Source of the DNA: an uncultured Acidobacteriota bacterium
Lineage (GTDB): Bacteria > Acidobacteriota > Vicinamibacteria > Vicinamibacterales > 2-12-FULL-66-21
Assembly (NCBI GenBank): GCA_963836735.1
Contig: CAWIKP010000012.1
Coordinates: 25,441 to 89,440 of the forward strand
Direction: 5' to 3'
DNA: 64,000 nt
Below the pieces are notes generated by a model. The model saw only the letters and a list, made by a program, of their open reading frames with translations, was not told where the DNA came from and did not search any database. The position numbers and the translations under genes are program-made. This document shows positions 62,734 through 64,000 of this stretch, piece by piece; position 1 is the stretch's first letter; each line of letters opens with the position of its first letter.

Positions 62734-63667
62734 GTGCCGCTGTCGTGTGTGATGGTGTCGACCGTCGTGCTCGTGCGCGCCGCGCAGGCACCTCAGCAGC
62801 CGCCCCCGCCGACTCCCCCGCCGCAAACAGCGCCCGCGCAGCCGCCAGCCGGCGGACGCCAGGGCGGGGGGCGTGGTCGAGGGACAGCAGCAGCCGGGGA
62901 CATTCCCCGCGCAGCAGCGCCCGCCCGGCGATCCCGCGCTGATCGAGCGCGGCAAGTCGGTCTATTCCGCGACCTGCACCGCCTGTCACGGCGCCGACTT
63001 GCGCGGCGGTCAGCTGGGAGGCCCGAATCTGCTCCGCTCGCTCGTGGTGTTGAACGATCAGCAGGGCGAGCTGATCACGCCGATCGTCCGCGGCAGCCGC
63101 GCCGAGCGCGGCATGCCGCCGCTGCCGCTGTCGGACGACGACGTGCGCGCGGTCGCCGAATACATCCACAGCGTGCTGGCCACGTCGGGCCGCCAGGGTG
63201 GACCTCCCGGAATTGCGGCGCCGGCCCCGGATATCGTGGTCGGCGATGCCACCGCCGGTCAGGCGTACTTCGCGGCGAAGTGCGGCTCGTGTCACTCCCC
63301 CACCGGTGATTTGCAGGGGATCGCCACGAGAATTCCCGATCCGAAGACATTGCAGACCACGTGGGTCTCGGGCGGCGCCGTCGGCGGACGCGGCAGGGGC
63401 GCGTCGTCCAGTGGCGCGCCGCGCAAGCCGGTCACCGTGACGGTGACCACACCGACGGGCGAGAAGGTCAACGGCCGCCTGATGCGGATCGATCATTTCA
63501 TCGTGACGCTGGCGCTCGAGGACGGCACGGTCCGCAGTTTCCGGCGAACCGGCGACTCGCCCAGGGTCGAGATCCAGGACCCGCTCGCGGGTCACAAGGC
63601 CCTGTTCAGCGTGCTGACCGAAAAAGACATTCACGACACGACCGCATACCTGGTGACCTTGAAATGA
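62734..63667 (+). pseudogene. Exported dihaem c-type cytochrome; +1 frame break somewhere in 62840-62900
   Basis: The GTG 62734 frame gives a signal peptide (MPLSCVMVSTVVLVRAAQA) and a Pro/Gln linker. ORF 62873..63667 carries two haem motifs (CTACHG and CGSCHS). Its stop overlaps the next ATG (ATGA at 63664-63667). Confidence 0.8.
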
Positions 63668-64000
63668 CGTCCAAGCGATTGCTGTACACGGCGCCGTTCG
63701 TTCTGGCCTCTGCGGTGCTCGCGGCCCAGGGCCGCGGGCTCGATCCCGCCGACCTGCTGAAGCCGCTCGGCGACTCGTGGCCGACCTACTCCGGCGACTA
63801 CAGCGGCAAACGGTATAGCTCGCTGAAACAGATCAACCAGACAACCGTGAAGTCGCTCACGCTCGCATGGACGGTGCGGCTGATCGACGGCCCCGGCGGG
63901 GGATTTGGCGGGCGCGGTGTGATCGTTGGCGGCGAGGGCAAGGGAGACTGGCCGATTCAGCCCGACGGGACCATCAAGGGCACGCCGCTGCTGGTGAACG
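63664..64000 (+). CDS. PQQ-dependent dehydrogenase (quinoprotein alcohol/glucose dehydrogenase family), 5' part only
   Basis: MTSKRLLYTAPFVLASAVLAAQG is a signal peptide. It is followed by LGDSWPTYSGDYSGKRYSSLKQINQTTVKSLTLAW, the typical N-terminal blade of PQQ propeller dehydrogenases. The gene continues past the window end. Confidence 0.8.
   Translation, partial: MTSKRLLYTAPFVLASAVLAAQGRGLDPADLLKPLGDSWPTYSGDYSGKRYSSLKQINQTTVKSLTLAWTVRLIDGPGGGFGGRGVIVGGEGKGDWPIQPDGTIKGTPLLVN

Overview
This is a high-GC bacterial chromosome segment, roughly two-thirds G+C by eye. The gene content looks like Acidobacteriota: two ADOP-type duplicated orphan permeases, a PadR/HAAS pair and many exported peptidases. 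That assignment is inference only.

I can support about 48 protein genes, almost all housekeeping or metabolic:
- A minus-strand string: mutL, corA, ppdK, glyS, glyQ, recO, mgtE.
- An ECF sigma / anti-sigma / secreted-protein operon, followed by era.
- A TetR-controlled tripartite efflux operon.
- Two M16 peptidases.
- The phoH-ybeY-corC cluster, then aspS-hisS.
- An M20 amidohydrolase, moaA and htrA.
- An S8 protease translationally coupled to a membrane HD-GYP/GAF protein.
- Sugar genes: galK, a nucleotidyltransferase, galM, a ROK kinase, a HAD, a Gfo/Idh/MocA enzyme, an aldo/keto reductase and a TIM-barrel isomerase.
- An S9 peptidase.
- A 2-oxoacid:ferredoxin oxidoreductase with a GltD-like/ferredoxin partner.
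- pilT, then a dihaem cytochrome c followed by a PQQ dehydrogenase.

I saw no rRNA, tRNA, CRISPR, transposase, integrase or recognisable defence genes.

Two things are not ordinary:
1. Nearly every sizeable intergenic gap is filled by a large palindrome whose arms are short tandem repeats of 7-9 nt. The repeat unit differs from locus to locus. A subset shares a conserved ~62-nt hairpin core and a TGGAT-type loop motif. There are also smaller REP-like hairpins and a 75-nt repeat in front of two sugar genes.
2. About 22 of the 48 genes cannot be read in one frame as assembled. There are roughly 45 frame breaks, overwhelmingly +1 (one extra base), plus one in-frame TGA in glyS. This most likely reflects insertion-biased consensus errors, but it needs read-level checking.

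Frame-disrupted genes are typed as pseudogene to describe the sequence as given. I am not claiming they are dead in vivo.
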